Shown here one piece after another: positions 40,051 through 49,843 of a stretch of 64,000 bases of DNA; position 1 is the stretch's first letter; every line of letters starts with the position of its first letter. The notes below the pieces were generated by a model. The model ran no database searches, was not told the DNA's origin, and saw only the letters and a program-made list of their open reading frames with translations. Source of the DNA: Rubripirellula sp. (lineage in GTDB: Bacteria; Planctomycetota; Planctomycetia; Pirellulales; Pirellulaceae); the NCBI GenBank assembly GCA_041740415.1, contig JBGSLZ010000052.1, positions 2,789 to 66,788 of the forward strand. The letters run 5' to 3'. The translations under genes and the position numbers were made by a program.

Positions 40051-40064
40051 GCTAGAAACGTACC
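40051..40064 (-). promoter_or_regulatory. Sigma-54 -24/-12 motif, dedA
   Basis: (T)GGTACGTTTCTAGC; the -12 element is TAGC rather than TTGC. Confidence 0.6.
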
Positions 40065-40068
40065 AAGC

Positions 40069-40082
40069 GGTATGTGATTTGC
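40069..40082 (+). promoter_or_regulatory. Sigma-54 -24/-12 motif, 40182 operon
   Basis: GGTATGTGATTTGC, 100 bp upstream. Confidence 0.7.
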
Positions 40083-40181
40083 TCCCTAGAGACGAGATGA
40101 CTCGCGAGTGTTCCGTTTCTTCCGAGACAGAACATCGAATGACTCGCGTTTGTTCGCCAACGACGTTGAAGGAATGCCAGA

Positions 40182-40532
40182 GTGAGTGAAACGAATCCGC
40201 AGATTGAGGAACAACTCGATGCACTGGCCGAACTTTGTTGCCAGACGCTCAACGGTGACGACTCGGGGCTAGACAAGCGAAGCGATGCGTTGTTGAAATC
40301 ACTGCTCATGTGCGGGTATGTGCGAAAAGTCGGTCACAACATCACTGCGGAATTGGAATCGCGTGTTAAGACGCACTGTCCTGAACCAGCGATGCACCGG
40401 GGTGGTGCACTTTCGGGGATCACTCAGACGTTGCAACAGAAATTCAACAAGCTCGTGCAGTGGGAATCCGAGACGCCGCAGGAAACAACCCCGCCGAAGG
40501 CAGCAAACATCAGTTCCGCAACCGACGCCTGA
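40182..40532 (+). CDS. Hypothetical protein
   Basis: 116-aa ORF with AAGGA RBS and GTG start, first of two co-oriented ORFs. Confidence 0.7.
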   Translation: MSETNPQIEEQLDALAELCCQTLNGDDSGLDKRSDALLKSLLMCGYVRKVGHNITAELESRVKTHCPEPAMHRGGALSGITQTLQQKFNKLVQWESETPQETTPPKAANISSATDA

Positions 40533-40546
40533 ATAGGAGAAACATC

Positions 40547-41044
40547 ATTTCGAAATGTCTGATAGCAGAATACGAAACGAGTGCTGCCGCGAAAGTTGGC
40601 TTGGAAGTCCTTGAAAAGAGCAACTTCACGCTCGACCAAGTCTCCGTGGTTTCAAGCGCTGATGATTCCACCGCCGCGCATCTAAGAGATTTGGAAGACG
40701 AGCCTGAAGATCACACAACTTCTGCGTCCGCACCGGAAGGTCGCAATGTTTCGTTGGGCATGTTGATCGGCGGGACGGTTGCAGCGCCCATTGCCGCCGC
40801 GACTTTGATCGGACCGTTCATCATCGCCGGACCGCTTGTCGGTATCGCGATTGGTGCCGCAGTCGGTAGCTTGATCAAAATGGAAAACTGGGGTGTTGCT
40901 CACGATGTTACCGCCGACTACGAGCAGCGCGTCAAGTCCGGCTCTGTGTTAGTGATTGTTCACGACGTAGACGACCTCACACTGGACGATGCCAAAGCGT
41001 CGTTGAAAACGACGGGAGCGAAATCGCTTGAAAAACACGCATGA
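40547..41044 (+). CDS. General stress protein 17M-like membrane protein; start codon reads ATT
   Basis: AGGAGA-N6-ATT TCG AAA TGT; glycine-zipper TM (GPLVGIAIGAAVGSL), YEQRVKSGSVLVIV. Confidence 0.7.
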   Translation: MSKCLIAEYETSAAAKVGLEVLEKSNFTLDQVSVVSSADDSTAAHLRDLEDEPEDHTTSASAPEGRNVSLGMLIGGTVAAPIAAATLIGPFIIAGPLVGIAIGAAVGSLIKMENWGVAHDVTADYEQRVKSGSVLVIVHDVDDLTLDDAKASLKTTGAKSLEKHA

Positions 41045-41054
41045 GCCGAATTAA

Positions 41055-41110
41055 GGGACCGTCCACAAATAGGTTTCCAAATCAGCCGGAACGCGTTGGC
41101 GTATGGTCCC
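41055..41110. mobile_element. Internally deleted MITE-like element with TAA duplications
   Basis: TAA|GGGACCGTCCACAAATAGG...ATCAGCCGGAACGCGTTGGCG...TGGTCCC|TAA; shares its left part with 52324-52445. Confidence 0.65.
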
Positions 41111-41196
41111 TAATCGGACACTGATCATTGAATCAAACGTCCGGAGTGAACTGGCTTAGTCAATTGATCACAAAACTTGGCATCATTGTACCGAGT

Positions 41197-42225
41197 TCAA
41201 GCGGATTGATGATCACGCTTCTCCATCACCCAGCGCACCAACATTCCAACGCCGTCATCGAAGTAGCGGTACGCAGATGCGAAGAACATCAGGTAGCGGT
41301 TGTAGGTTTCTACACCGACCAACTCGATTGCTTGCTCGCGATTGGAGACCAGCTTTTCAAACCAAGCTCTCAGCGTAGGTCGGTAGTCATGAATCGTTCG
41401 CTGCTTAATCACAAATCCGGCGGCTTCGTTCCATTTCACATGGTCAGCGTAGGCCGCGTTCAGTGATCCGGGAAAAAATATCTGTCCCACGATGGCCGTC
41501 GCGGGCAATCGCTTCTCATTGCGACAGAAGAAATGTTGGACCAAGCGTCCACCCGGCTTGAGCGCTCCCTGCAACTTCTGCATCAGCGGAAAAATATCAT
41601 TGGGGCGGACATGCTCCCAAGCACCAATCGAGTAAATCTTATCGTAATGTTCGCTTGGATAATCGGTTTTGATGAAGTCACGGAACTCGACGTTGAATCC
41701 GTTGTTGGCTTCATTAAACGCAACCTGTTCCTGAGACAACGTAAACCCGTGCAAGTTCTCCTTGTCACGCGTCTCTTCACAAATTCGCTTCAGCATTGCA
41801 CCCCATCCGCATCCCAATTCGAGAATGCGTTCCCCAGGTTTAGGATCGATCAATGAGATGAGATGGTTTGCCTTGATCGTTTGCGCCTCCTCGATCGACT
41901 CGTTTCCGTTGGGAAAGTCGGCACAGGTATAGAACATGTACTTGCTGTCCAGAAACAATTCATAAAAAGCATTGGACACGTCGTAATGAGCGGCGATGCC
42001 CTTAACGTGTGCTTGACGCATCTTGTTCGCGATCAGCAGTCCTCGCATGAATGTCGGCGGATAGTTTCGGCGAAACCAATCGAAGACTGGCGGAATTTTG
42101 CCCGTGATCCGCGTCCAAACCTCGTCGGGATCGAGCGGCTGCGGTGAACGGATCATGAACTTGACCCAGCCATAGGCTGGTCCAAACGTGAATGCTTCGA
42201 TAGGCAGCAAGGGATAGCGAATCAT
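41197..42225 (-). CDS. Cyclopropane-fatty-acyl-phospholipid synthase-like SAM methyltransferase
   Basis: IAAHYDVSNAFYELFLD..M.YTC, LELGCGWG, SIGAWEHV, IFFPG. Confidence 0.88.
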   Translation of the reverse strand: MIRYPLLPIEAFTFGPAYGWVKFMIRSPQPLDPDEVWTRITGKIPPVFDWFRRNYPPTFMRGLLIANKMRQAHVKGIAAHYDVSNAFYELFLDSKYMFYTCADFPNGNESIEEAQTIKANHLISLIDPKPGERILELGCGWGAMLKRICEETRDKENLHGFTLSQEQVAFNEANNGFNVEFRDFIKTDYPSEHYDKIYSIGAWEHVRPNDIFPLMQKLQGALKPGGRLVQHFFCRNEKRLPATAIVGQIFFPGSLNAAYADHVKWNEAAGFVIKQRTIHDYRPTLRAWFEKLVSNREQAIELVGVETYNRYLMFFASAYRYFDDGVGMLVRWVMEKRDHQSA

Positions 42226-42245
42226 GTTGTTACTCAAAGTGGTTT

Positions 42246-44084
42246 TCAAAACCGAAGGGGATTACAAACGGGAAGATCAATTCGGCTCGGGCTGACGCTG
42301 CCGTGAAACAAATGGAGTTGACGGCCTGGGCGGTTCTCAAAATTGTTTTCGTCAGCCATCGCGATGGAGAGCTGGATCTGGCTGCCACGGCGAAACAGGT
42401 ACGAAGTCGGTTGCAGGTCGAAGCAAACATGCTGCTTCTTCTGCGCGTGAGTATGGTCAGTATCAACACTCGATGAATTTGGACCGGCTTCATTTCGAGT
42501 GAACCGGCGGTAAGGTGTGCCAAGTTTGCGACAGGCTTCTGATTGCATCGATCCATCAGATTGTGTCTCGGATTGATGAAGGAGGCTCAGTCCACCTTCG
42601 GTTACCATCCATACTCGACCCCTCGGATCAACATCTTCCAAATAGACAAATAGCGCGGCATCAGCGACATCGGTTTTGATGTGCAAATTGACCACCGGAT
42701 GGCCAGTGACTTCAATATCGCTGGCAAGTCGCGGCGACCGAAAACATAGCATACTCCGACCCGCGGCCCGCCGATCGGGATATTGGACTTTGCCGTTAAT
42801 CTCGACTTGCGTTTGCCATCGATTCCGTTTTCCAGTCGTCGTCGGTTGCCGTTCGTATCTTGAATGGCATTGCGTTGCATCCGGCCCAGATTCGAGTCTT
42901 CCACCCGAATTGAGAAAAAGCGAGGCAACGCAAGTTCCCGTTGGTGGCCATTGCTGTGACGATTTCCATCGGGACTCGCCCATCGTGAAGTATTGCACGG
43001 GCGGCTGTTCGGCCAATGCATTCGATCGACCGCGAACGTGCAGATCAAAGAACTGTAGCAGTAAACGATCATGGTCAAAGTAGTTCACACGAGACCGCTT
43101 CATCGGTTCGATATGTCTCGCCCCGCCATGATTCCATGGACCCAGTAAAAGCCGGCTGCCGGGATTGGGTATTCGTACAAACCTCAATGCGGCGGCTCTC
43201 GCATACGCACCGTCCCACCAGCCGCTGACGCCAAAAACTGGAATGCTCGTTGACGCGATTCGATTTGAATAGTGGACGGGACTGATGAGCTGGCTGCCTC
43301 GCAAAACTTCACCATTTTCGCCGGCCGCATTTTGAATCTCCGAAGTCGCTTCCTCTGGTTCATCGTCTGCAAAAGATATTTGTCGCACCCGCTCCCAGAC
43401 ATCGTCGTTCACGCGATGCTGCGAGATCGCTTCCATCAACAGGCGTCGATCTCGGTCGGATGCCACTGCGGTCACGCCACTGGTAAGCAGCCGCACCCAA
43501 CCACCAGCGATCTCGTGTAATCGGTTGGCATCCAGAGCAGCGTTCAACCTGCTCCAACGCTCGACGAATCCGCGATTGAGCAAACCTCCGGGAAACCCGA
43601 TGTCGGCGAACGAATCGCATGAACTGAATCGTGGTGCGATGGCTTTCAATGCCGGATGGCCGGTTGTCAACAACATTTCTGCTGCGGTCCCGTCATACGA
43701 TATCCCCAGCGAGCCCAGAGAGCCGTTGGACCAAGATTGCGAGCCAATCCACTCGACGATCTCGTAGCCGTCAGCGACTTCTGCTTGTGACCACGGACTG
43801 ATGCGATGCCCAAAAGATGCACCTGAGCCGCGTACATCGACATCCACCCATGCGTAACCGGCCTCTAAGAAGCGCCGACGTCGTTTGGCATACAGCCCGC
43901 TGTGGTCAATCGGTCGATTTCGCGTTAGCCAATTGAGTGGCGGTCGCAGTTGTATCGAGCGGAAGTAACGAGTCTGCCGTAGGATCGTCGCTGCTGGCCG
44001 GTGCTGGGAATGCGGCAACCAGACGTCCGCCGCAAGACGAACCCCATCGCGCATCGTCAAATAGTAAGACTGATAATCGAACAC
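42246..44084 (-). CDS. CocE/NonD family serine hydrolase
   Basis: MRDGVRLAAD, DVRGSGAS, GISYDG, GPWNH. Confidence 0.9.
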   Translation of the reverse strand: MFDYQSYYLTMRDGVRLAADVWLPHSQHRPAATILRQTRYFRSIQLRPPLNWLTRNRPIDHSGLYAKRRRRFLEAGYAWVDVDVRGSGASFGHRISPWSQAEVADGYEIVEWIGSQSWSNGSLGSLGISYDGTAAEMLLTTGHPALKAIAPRFSSCDSFADIGFPGGLLNRGFVERWSRLNAALDANRLHEIAGGWVRLLTSGVTAVASDRDRRLLMEAISQHRVNDDVWERVRQISFADDEPEEATSEIQNAAGENGEVLRGSQLISPVHYSNRIASTSIPVFGVSGWWDGAYARAAALRFVRIPNPGSRLLLGPWNHGGARHIEPMKRSRVNYFDHDRLLLQFFDLHVRGRSNALAEQPPVQYFTMGESRWKSSQQWPPTGTCVASLFLNSGGRLESGPDATQCHSRYERQPTTTGKRNRWQTQVEINGKVQYPDRRAAGRSMLCFRSPRLASDIEVTGHPVVNLHIKTDVADAALFVYLEDVDPRGRVWMVTEGGLSLLHQSETQSDGSMQSEACRKLGTPYRRFTRNEAGPNSSSVDTDHTHAQKKQHVCFDLQPTSYLFRRGSQIQLSIAMADENNFENRPGRQLHLFHGSVSPSRIDLPVCNPLRF

Positions 44085-44097
44085 GATCGCGTCGTGC

Positions 44098-44748
44098 CTA
44101 TTCCTTTGCCTCGCTGACGTCCGATAGATATTTGCCGTACCCTTCCGCCTTCATCTGATCCTTCGCTACGAATCTCATGGCTGCCGAATTCATGCACCAT
44201 CGTTTTCCGCCGCGGTCCGTAGGCCCATCTTCAAAGACGTGTCCGACGTGCGAGTCTGCTAGCTTGGATCGAACTTCCGTGCGCGCCGAAAGCAGCGTGT
44301 TGTCTTCACGCAAAACGATGAACTGAGCGTCCAAAGGTTGCACAAACGACGGCCAGCCGGTTCCCGACTTGTACTTGTCAGCGGAAGAAAAGAGCGGCTC
44401 ACCCGAAACGACATCGACGTAAATGCCGCTGCCTTTGTTGTCCCAGTATTCGTTCATGAAAGCGGGTTCCGTGCCGTCTTGCTGCGTAACGCTATATTGT
44501 ATCTCTGTCAAATCTTGTTTCAGTTTCGCTTCCGTTGGCTTCTTAAAATCGGTCCATGGTTGCTTGGCTATGTCTTTTTCGTCGCTGTCGACTTCGCTTC
44601 GCGAAGAACCAACACTACCGTCGCCGCCGGCGGGGTAAGCAACGTGACGGGCCGCGATTGGCTCACTGGTAGATGCAGAATCATCTTGACATCCGGCCAG
44701 GGCGACAACGGCGACAAGAGGAACGAGCAGCGTAAGTTTTGTGGTCAT
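44098..44748 (-). CDS. msrB: Peptide-methionine (R)-S-oxide reductase, lipoprotein, zinc-free type
   Basis: LAG-C lipobox; GTEPAF, GWPSF, RTEVRS, SHVGHVF.DGP, RWCMNS; no CxxC zinc motifs. Confidence 0.93.
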   Translation of the reverse strand: MTTKLTLLVPLVAVVALAGCQDDSASTSEPIAARHVAYPAGGDGSVGSSRSEVDSDEKDIAKQPWTDFKKPTEAKLKQDLTEIQYSVTQQDGTEPAFMNEYWDNKGSGIYVDVVSGEPLFSSADKYKSGTGWPSFVQPLDAQFIVLREDNTLLSARTEVRSKLADSHVGHVFEDGPTDRGGKRWCMNSAAMRFVAKDQMKAEGYGKYLSDVSEAKE

Positions 44749-44827
44749 CTTTATTTCACCCTTAGGCGTGGTTCCGGTGGACGCGGCTGAACGCAACTGC
44801 GTGCCGCGTCAATCAAGCCGTAGGTCG

Positions 44828-44841
44828 GCAACTTCCATACC
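44828..44841 (-). promoter_or_regulatory. Sigma-54 -24/-12 motif, msrB operon
   Basis: (T)GGTATGGAAGTTGC, 80 bp upstream. Confidence 0.75.
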
Positions 44842-44886
44842 AACGTCGCTGGTGCGAGAACCGACACGACCTGATGCATGCGCCAC

Positions 44887-44900
44887 GGCACACGAATTGC
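44887..44900 (+). promoter_or_regulatory. Sigma-54 -24/-12 motif, fasciclin gene
   Basis: GGCACACGAATTGC, about 79 bp upstream. Confidence 0.75.
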
Positions 44901-44978
44901 TTCGGACAGCTGTGGATTGATCTCGTGATCGACTTCATTCGGGGTCTGCGAGTCATGGAACTTTACTGGAGAAGTGTT

Positions 44979-45539
44979 ATGAAGATGTTGTTAACCATGC
45001 TAAGTGTCGTCGCAGTTACGGCAGGAACAGCGATGGCGGATGAGCATGAGGGCAAGTCGAAGATGGTGGGCGGGGCTGAGATGATGCCGAGCAAAACCAT
45101 TGTCGAGAATGCGTCGCAATCCAAGGATCACACCACGTTGGTCGCTGCGGTGAAAGCTGCTGGTCTGGTCGAAACTCTTTCAGGGGATGGACCGTTCACG
45201 GTCTTTGCACCAACCAACGCGGCGTTCGAGGCTTTGCCGGACGGAACGGTGGACACGCTGCTGAAGCCGGAAAGCAAGAAGAAGTTGGCGGGAATTTTGA
45301 CGTACCATGTGCTGTCCGGAAAGTTTGACGCCGCCGTGTTGATGAAAGGCATGAAAGCGGGATCGGGTGAAACCACGGTCAAAACGGTAGCCGGTGATAT
45401 TTTAACCGTGAAGATGAAGGGCAAGAAAGTGACGGTCACCGATGCTAAAGGCAATGTTGCCAACGTGACGATCGCAGACGTGATGCAGTCCAACGGGGTC
45501 GTTCATGTGATCGACAAAGTGTTGATGCCCTCGCGCTAG
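44979..45539 (+). CDS. Secreted fasciclin (FAS1) domain protein
   Basis: TLVAAVKAAGL, FTVFAPTNAAF, LTYHV, NGVVHVIDKVL. Confidence 0.93.
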   Translation: MKMLLTMLSVVAVTAGTAMADEHEGKSKMVGGAEMMPSKTIVENASQSKDHTTLVAAVKAAGLVETLSGDGPFTVFAPTNAAFEALPDGTVDTLLKPESKKKLAGILTYHVLSGKFDAAVLMKGMKAGSGETTVKTVAGDILTVKMKGKKVTVTDAKGNVANVTIADVMQSNGVVHVIDKVLMPSR

Positions 45540-45589
45540 GTCGTGCGGAAATTCGGTCCTACCCTTTCTGATGTAGACGCTGACGATTG

Positions 45590-45618
45590 ACCCCTCCCGC
45601 TTGCGGCGAGGGGTTTTT
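45590..45618 (+). terminator. Rho-independent terminator after the fasciclin gene
   Basis: ACCCCTCCCGC-TT-GCGGCGAGGGGT followed by a T run. Confidence 0.7.
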
Positions 45619-45663
45619 CATGTTTCTGGTAGAATCAAGCCAATCCGCTGGCGATCATTCGCA

Positions 45664-46217
45664 TCACATTGGCTGCACAACCGCCGTCAAATGCGTCGCC
45701 CAGACCGTGTGTACTTCAATTGCCGGAAGTTGTGCTAGAGATATGGAACGCACACTTTCATCAACCTTGGACTAGATCACAGTTCGTCGCACAGCCGGGT
45801 CGAGATCGAGGTTCGCCCATGCCACCTCACGATCAGCGACGATTTTGAGTTCCGGCACTAAGCTTAGTGTTGCTAGGTGAATCAATCCCGTTAGCAGCCC
45901 TAGTTCCATCGAGGGCGTTACTGATACCAATGCGTGAACGCAATGGGTTGTTGTAGACGCAATGGCTTGCCGGCAATCCAATCGCCAAAGCTATGCGTGA
46001 CAATGCCAACGGTGTCGTTCGGTCCACCGGATGCAATCATTCCGCGAAGACGCTCGACACTTTCCGACGGATCGCGAAACGCGAGTCGGTCCTTAAAAAT
46101 CTCAACCCGGTCGAACTGCTTCGAGAGCAAATGTTTCAGCGGCCGAAACGCGCATTTCGGTTCGAGCAGTCCCGGAACGAGAATGATGCGTTTGATGGAC
46201 GTGGAAATCTTAGGCAC
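45664..46217 (-). pseudogene. Small alpha/beta hydrolase with a frameshift and a nonsense codon
   Basis: LVPGL...THSFGDW, 1-nt loss near 45975, then RQAIA...RRTVI, TAG at 45772 (probably TGG), then SKVDESV...ATHL. Confidence 0.75.
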
Positions 46218-46225
46218 GCCCTACT

Positions 46226-46552
46226 TCAATCCGAGCCATGCTGTTTGACCATTTTGTTGTAGATGCCGAGCAACAGAAATGTGGGTGCCCAATTACCAAC
46301 GAACAACGCTTTCTGCTTCTGATCGTTATATTGCAGAAACAACGAAGTTGCGATGGAGGCACCCGCTGCCCATAACCAAACGTCGGATGGCAATCGAGCG
46401 GTTTGCTCTTCAATCGCGCGAGCCAACGGGCCTTCGCCTGTCTGATGTCGACGGACGCCACGCTCGGGATGCTGCCCTGCACCAAAGCCGGTTTGACGTG
46501 TTTCGCCGAGTTCATTGTCATACGCTTGCGGTATTGTCTCAGCCATTTTCAT
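46226..46552 (-). CDS. Small conserved membrane protein
   Basis: EGPLARAIEEQTARLPSDVWLWAA...LFVGNWAPTFLLLGIYNKMVKQHGSD; family recognised by recall only. Confidence 0.8.
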   Translation of the reverse strand: MKMAETIPQAYDNELGETRQTGFGAGQHPERGVRRHQTGEGPLARAIEEQTARLPSDVWLWAAGASIATSLFLQYNDQKQKALFVGNWAPTFLLLGIYNKMVKQHGSD

Positions 46553-46611
46553 GTTCTCTTGTAAGGGGTTAGTCGCTAATTGATTCGAGTCATTACTCGA
46601 AGAAGCTAGTC

Positions 46612-46625
46612 GCAAACCTCGTGCC
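46612..46625 (-). promoter_or_regulatory. Sigma-54 -24/-12 motif, 46552 gene
   Basis: GGCACGAGGTTTGC, near-consensus, 60 bp upstream. Confidence 0.8.
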
Positions 46626-46674
46626 TACTTTGGACATGCCTTGGCTTCATTTCTCGGCATACTTTGCGAAGGTT

Positions 46675-46742
46675 GTGAGCGGATCGGCGCGAGCCGCCGG
46701 TTCCGATCGGGAATGACCGGGGGCTAGCCCCCGTCCGCTCAC
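46675..46742. repeat. REP-like inverted doublet (family D, degenerate)
   Basis: GTGAGCGGATCGGCGCGAGCCGCCGGT ... ACCGGGGGCTAGCCCCCGTCCGCTCAC; related to 49779-49843. Confidence 0.7.
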
Positions 46743-47058
46743 TGAACGCGGGGCTGCCCAGTTAATCGGCAACAACAGTGCGGCCGAATTGCCGATCGCC
46801 TTGTAGCGGCGAATTCAAAAACGCCAATTCCTGCCGTGGAATGCCTGAACTGATGTCGCAAGGATCGTCGTATTTGGCACCGGAAACGCTACCTTACAAG
46901 CCGACGTTTCGATGTTCGGCGATACCAGCAAAACGCCACGTCTACGCGGGATCTGGAATCCAGAATCGCTCTTTGAAGGGTCAGTTCTCAATCATCCACG
47001 ATCGTAAAGGATTGCTTGGTGGAACGATAAATAATGTCAATCGCCAGGACCGATCACG

Positions 47059-48395
47059 ATGAACGACGATGCCAGTGCCAACATGTTCCCCGTCGTCGGT
47101 GTCGGTGCTTCGGCGGGCGGACTGGAAGCTTTCACGCAACTGCTGAAAAACCTGCCCGATGATGCGGGCATGGCGTTTGTCCTGATCCAGCATCTGGACC
47201 CGCATCGCGACAGCAAGCTGCATGATCTGCTTGGCCGGACCACGTCCATACCTGTGTCCGAAGTTACCGATGGGATGGCAGTCCGTCCAAACAACGTTTA
47301 CATCATCCCCAAAAACACGAACATCGCGATCGCCGGCGGTGTGCTTCTGCTTACGCCCCGCAAGGAGACACACCAGCATTTGCCAATCGACTTTTTCTTT
47401 CGCTCTTTGGCTGGCGACCGGCAAGACCAGGCGATCGGGATCGTGCTTTCGTGGACCGGTTCCGACGGCACCGTGGGAATCAGGGAACTGAAGGCAGCCG
47501 GGGGCCATCACGTTCGCGCAGGATGAACAATCGGCAAAATTTCCCGGCAGGCCTCAGAACGCCACAGCGGGTTGCACCGTCGACTTATCTCGCTCCGGCA
47601 TTGCAGAAACGCGTGATACCGACTTTCCATTACGCATTGAGTCCGACCGGATTTCTGATGTTGGGAACTTCCGAATCGATCGGCGGCTTCACCGATCTGT
47701 TCGAGGTCGTGGATAAGTCACACCGCATTTACGCCAAAAAACAGGGTGTGTTTCGGCAGTACCCGCATTTTAACTCCGAAGACTATCTGGGCGTGACCGC
47801 TGGCAAAGACAAGGACACCGTGCATCCCGCACCCAATCCTGCCGATTTCCAGAAAGAAGCCGACCGAATGGTACTCGGTCAATACGCTCCAGCCGGAGTG
47901 CTGGTCAACGAGTCGTTTGAGATTCTGCAATTTCGTGGGCGAACCGGTCCGTATCTGGAGCCGGCGTCGGGCACCGCCAGTTTGGACTTGCTGAAGATGG
48001 CTCGCGACGGCTTGTTGATGGAACTCAAAAGCGCCTTGGATGAAGTGAAACTCGACAACTCTCCTGTCGAGCGGTTGGACGTAGCGATTCGTGATGGCAA
48101 TCAAACCCGCGACATCAATCTGCGAATCAGCCCGATCAAGCTACGCGGTCAAAACGAACGATGTTTTTTGGTCCTGTTTGAAGAAACGGATTCGCGTCGC
48201 AACGAATCAAGATCGTCGCAGTCCGGCCATCGATGGCCAAGACGGACGAAGCCAAGCGATTCGTGGGTCTCTCGCCTCGCTTCCGTATTGCCGATGGTTG
48301 GCGGGTCTCGAACGGCGACGGAACTGATCGCCGCCATCGAAGAACGCGACCGTGAAGTGATCCAACTCCGGCGTGAATTGGAAGCGACCCAATGA
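47059..48395 (+). pseudogene. CheB/CheR fusion remnant
   Basis: GASAGG, QHLDP, PIDFFF; frameshift at about 47505 (GITFAQDE is in another frame); deletion at about 47585 to the CheR tail (FHYAL..GFLMLGTSE); PAS-like region; truncated at RRELEATQ. Confidence 0.88.
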
Positions 48396-48561
48396 ACAAA
48401 GCATTGTTGACCCGTCGCCAATTCAGCGCATCGGTGCTGACCGCATGGGCAATGAAGTCATGATTGGGTAGCACGAGATGAAAAAGATGATACAAGCCGT
48501 CGTGGAATAGCACGTCGACGTCACCAATCGTTTTCCGACTGCCATCGGTTTCAGTAAACAT
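48388..48561 (-). pseudogene. 5' fragment of a beta-propeller glycosidase (GH32-like)
   Basis: [45 protein letters not shown], then runs into antisense CheR sequence. Confidence 0.7.
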
Positions 48562-48564
48562 GTT

Positions 48565-49764
48565 TCAAACTTCCTCGTCGACGAAGATGACGTGCCGGAA
48601 ATAGTGCTGCGACTCGAAACTTGCTCCCAATGATCCGATCAATAAGCCAAGCGATGCACTCAGCGCACACATCTTTAACTTTAGCACGAATCCGACATCG
48701 ACCGCAGTGAGCTCGGAGGAAGCGGCCCAAGACGTGATTAGATTCGACCCGAACAGAGTGCCGCTGATGACCGCACCGATCAACATCAACGACAACCAAG
48801 TGACGATCATTCCAGATACAACAATTCCGATCGCCGACGATATCGTTACAATTGATTGCTCGCTAGGACGACGGCCATCTTGCATGAGTAATTGTTGTCG
48901 AACGATGACATAGATTGTGGTCAGTGCCCAGGACGTGATCGTCAGGACTGTCAGGCTGAACCAAGATTGCGAAAGCGCTAGGTCCCAGGCTTCGGCGGTC
49001 ATCAAGAGCACCACGACGGTGGAAACCGATGCGAGCGTCAACCCGCTCAATCGACGCGGGAATTGCCAAGGTCGGGCCGCCACAATCGCTTCGATGATTT
49101 CACGACGGTTGATCCATCCGGCGCGGATCGCAAACGCTGACGGACTCCATCGTTCTTCGTTGGTTTCTTCCAGCCTTAGATCGGCCACTTCGCTCAAAGA
49201 AAGCTGCTGTTGTGCGATCTGTTGATCGGTAAGTGTTTCCATCGCATCTAGCCCTTCGGCGTCGGCAGGGTGCGACATCAGATTCGTCGGATCCTCACTG
49301 CGACCGAGTCCCGACAAATGCGAGAGCGAATGCAGTATCAACCGACTCAGTCGATGACCGATACGCTGCACTCGCACCGTTTCATCAACCGACTCTCCGA
49401 CTGCGATCGGATCGATCAACGAGAACGACAGAACGGCGGCGTCGAGTGGCCGGCTGAGCGCTGCCAAGCAATGCTCCGTGTAATGGCTGTCCAGGTCAGC
49501 GGCAGTTAAGACAAGCGCATAGTCCCAATGCCGCGCGTCACGTTCTTCGACTGCATGCCGCAACAAGACGCTCGGTTGGACAATGCGGCCGCCAACCAGT
49601 TCTGGTCGGCGCAAGATGAACAAGTCAAATGCAAACGCCGGAAAGTGTTTCTGCAAAAAATCTTTCGCGGTTGTCGTGGCCAACTTGGTCGCCCGTTCGT
49701 CAATGTCATCAAGCACACCAGCAACGATGATGCCGATTTCAATGAGCGGTTGGTTGGATTCCAT
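48565..49764 (-). CDS. Membrane protein with a degenerate metzincin-like N-terminal domain
   Basis: LHSLSHLSGLGRSEDPTNLM resembles HExxHxxGLxH...M; four C-terminal TMs. Confidence 0.75.
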   Translation of the reverse strand: MESNQPLIEIGIIVAGVLDDIDERATKLATTTAKDFLQKHFPAFAFDLFILRRPELVGGRIVQPSVLLRHAVEERDARHWDYALVLTAADLDSHYTEHCLAALSRPLDAAVLSFSLIDPIAVGESVDETVRVQRIGHRLSRLILHSLSHLSGLGRSEDPTNLMSHPADAEGLDAMETLTDQQIAQQQLSLSEVADLRLEETNEERWSPSAFAIRAGWINRREIIEAIVAARPWQFPRRLSGLTLASVSTVVVLLMTAEAWDLALSQSWFSLTVLTITSWALTTIYVIVRQQLLMQDGRRPSEQSIVTISSAIGIVVSGMIVTWLSLMLIGAVISGTLFGSNLITSWAASSELTAVDVGFVLKLKMCALSASLGLLIGSLGASFESQHYFRHVIFVDEEV

Positions 49765-49778
49765 GTTTGGCTTTGTAT

Positions 49779-49843
49779 GTAGCGGTTGGGCGCAAACCCT
49801 CCGGTTTTGCATCGAGACCGGACGGGTCGCGCCGTTCCGCTAC
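49779..49843. repeat. GTAG-type REP doublet (family D)
   Basis: GTAGCGGTTGGGCGCAAACCCTCCGGT and ACCGGACGGGTCGCGCCGTTCCGCTAC. Confidence 0.8.

Noticed and set aside
44793-44805. GGCACGCAGTTGC upstream of msrB
   Set aside because: GG-N9-GC spacing is one base short; the correctly spaced site at 44828 was used instead.
46760-47000. Stop-riddled coding-like segment on the minus strand
   Set aside because: Probably a decayed gene, but no family could be recognised.
47059-48395. Programmed frameshift giving a functional CheB-CheR
   Set aside because: Additional deletions, a Gly-to-Trp change near the catalytic Asp and a 3' truncation indicate decay.
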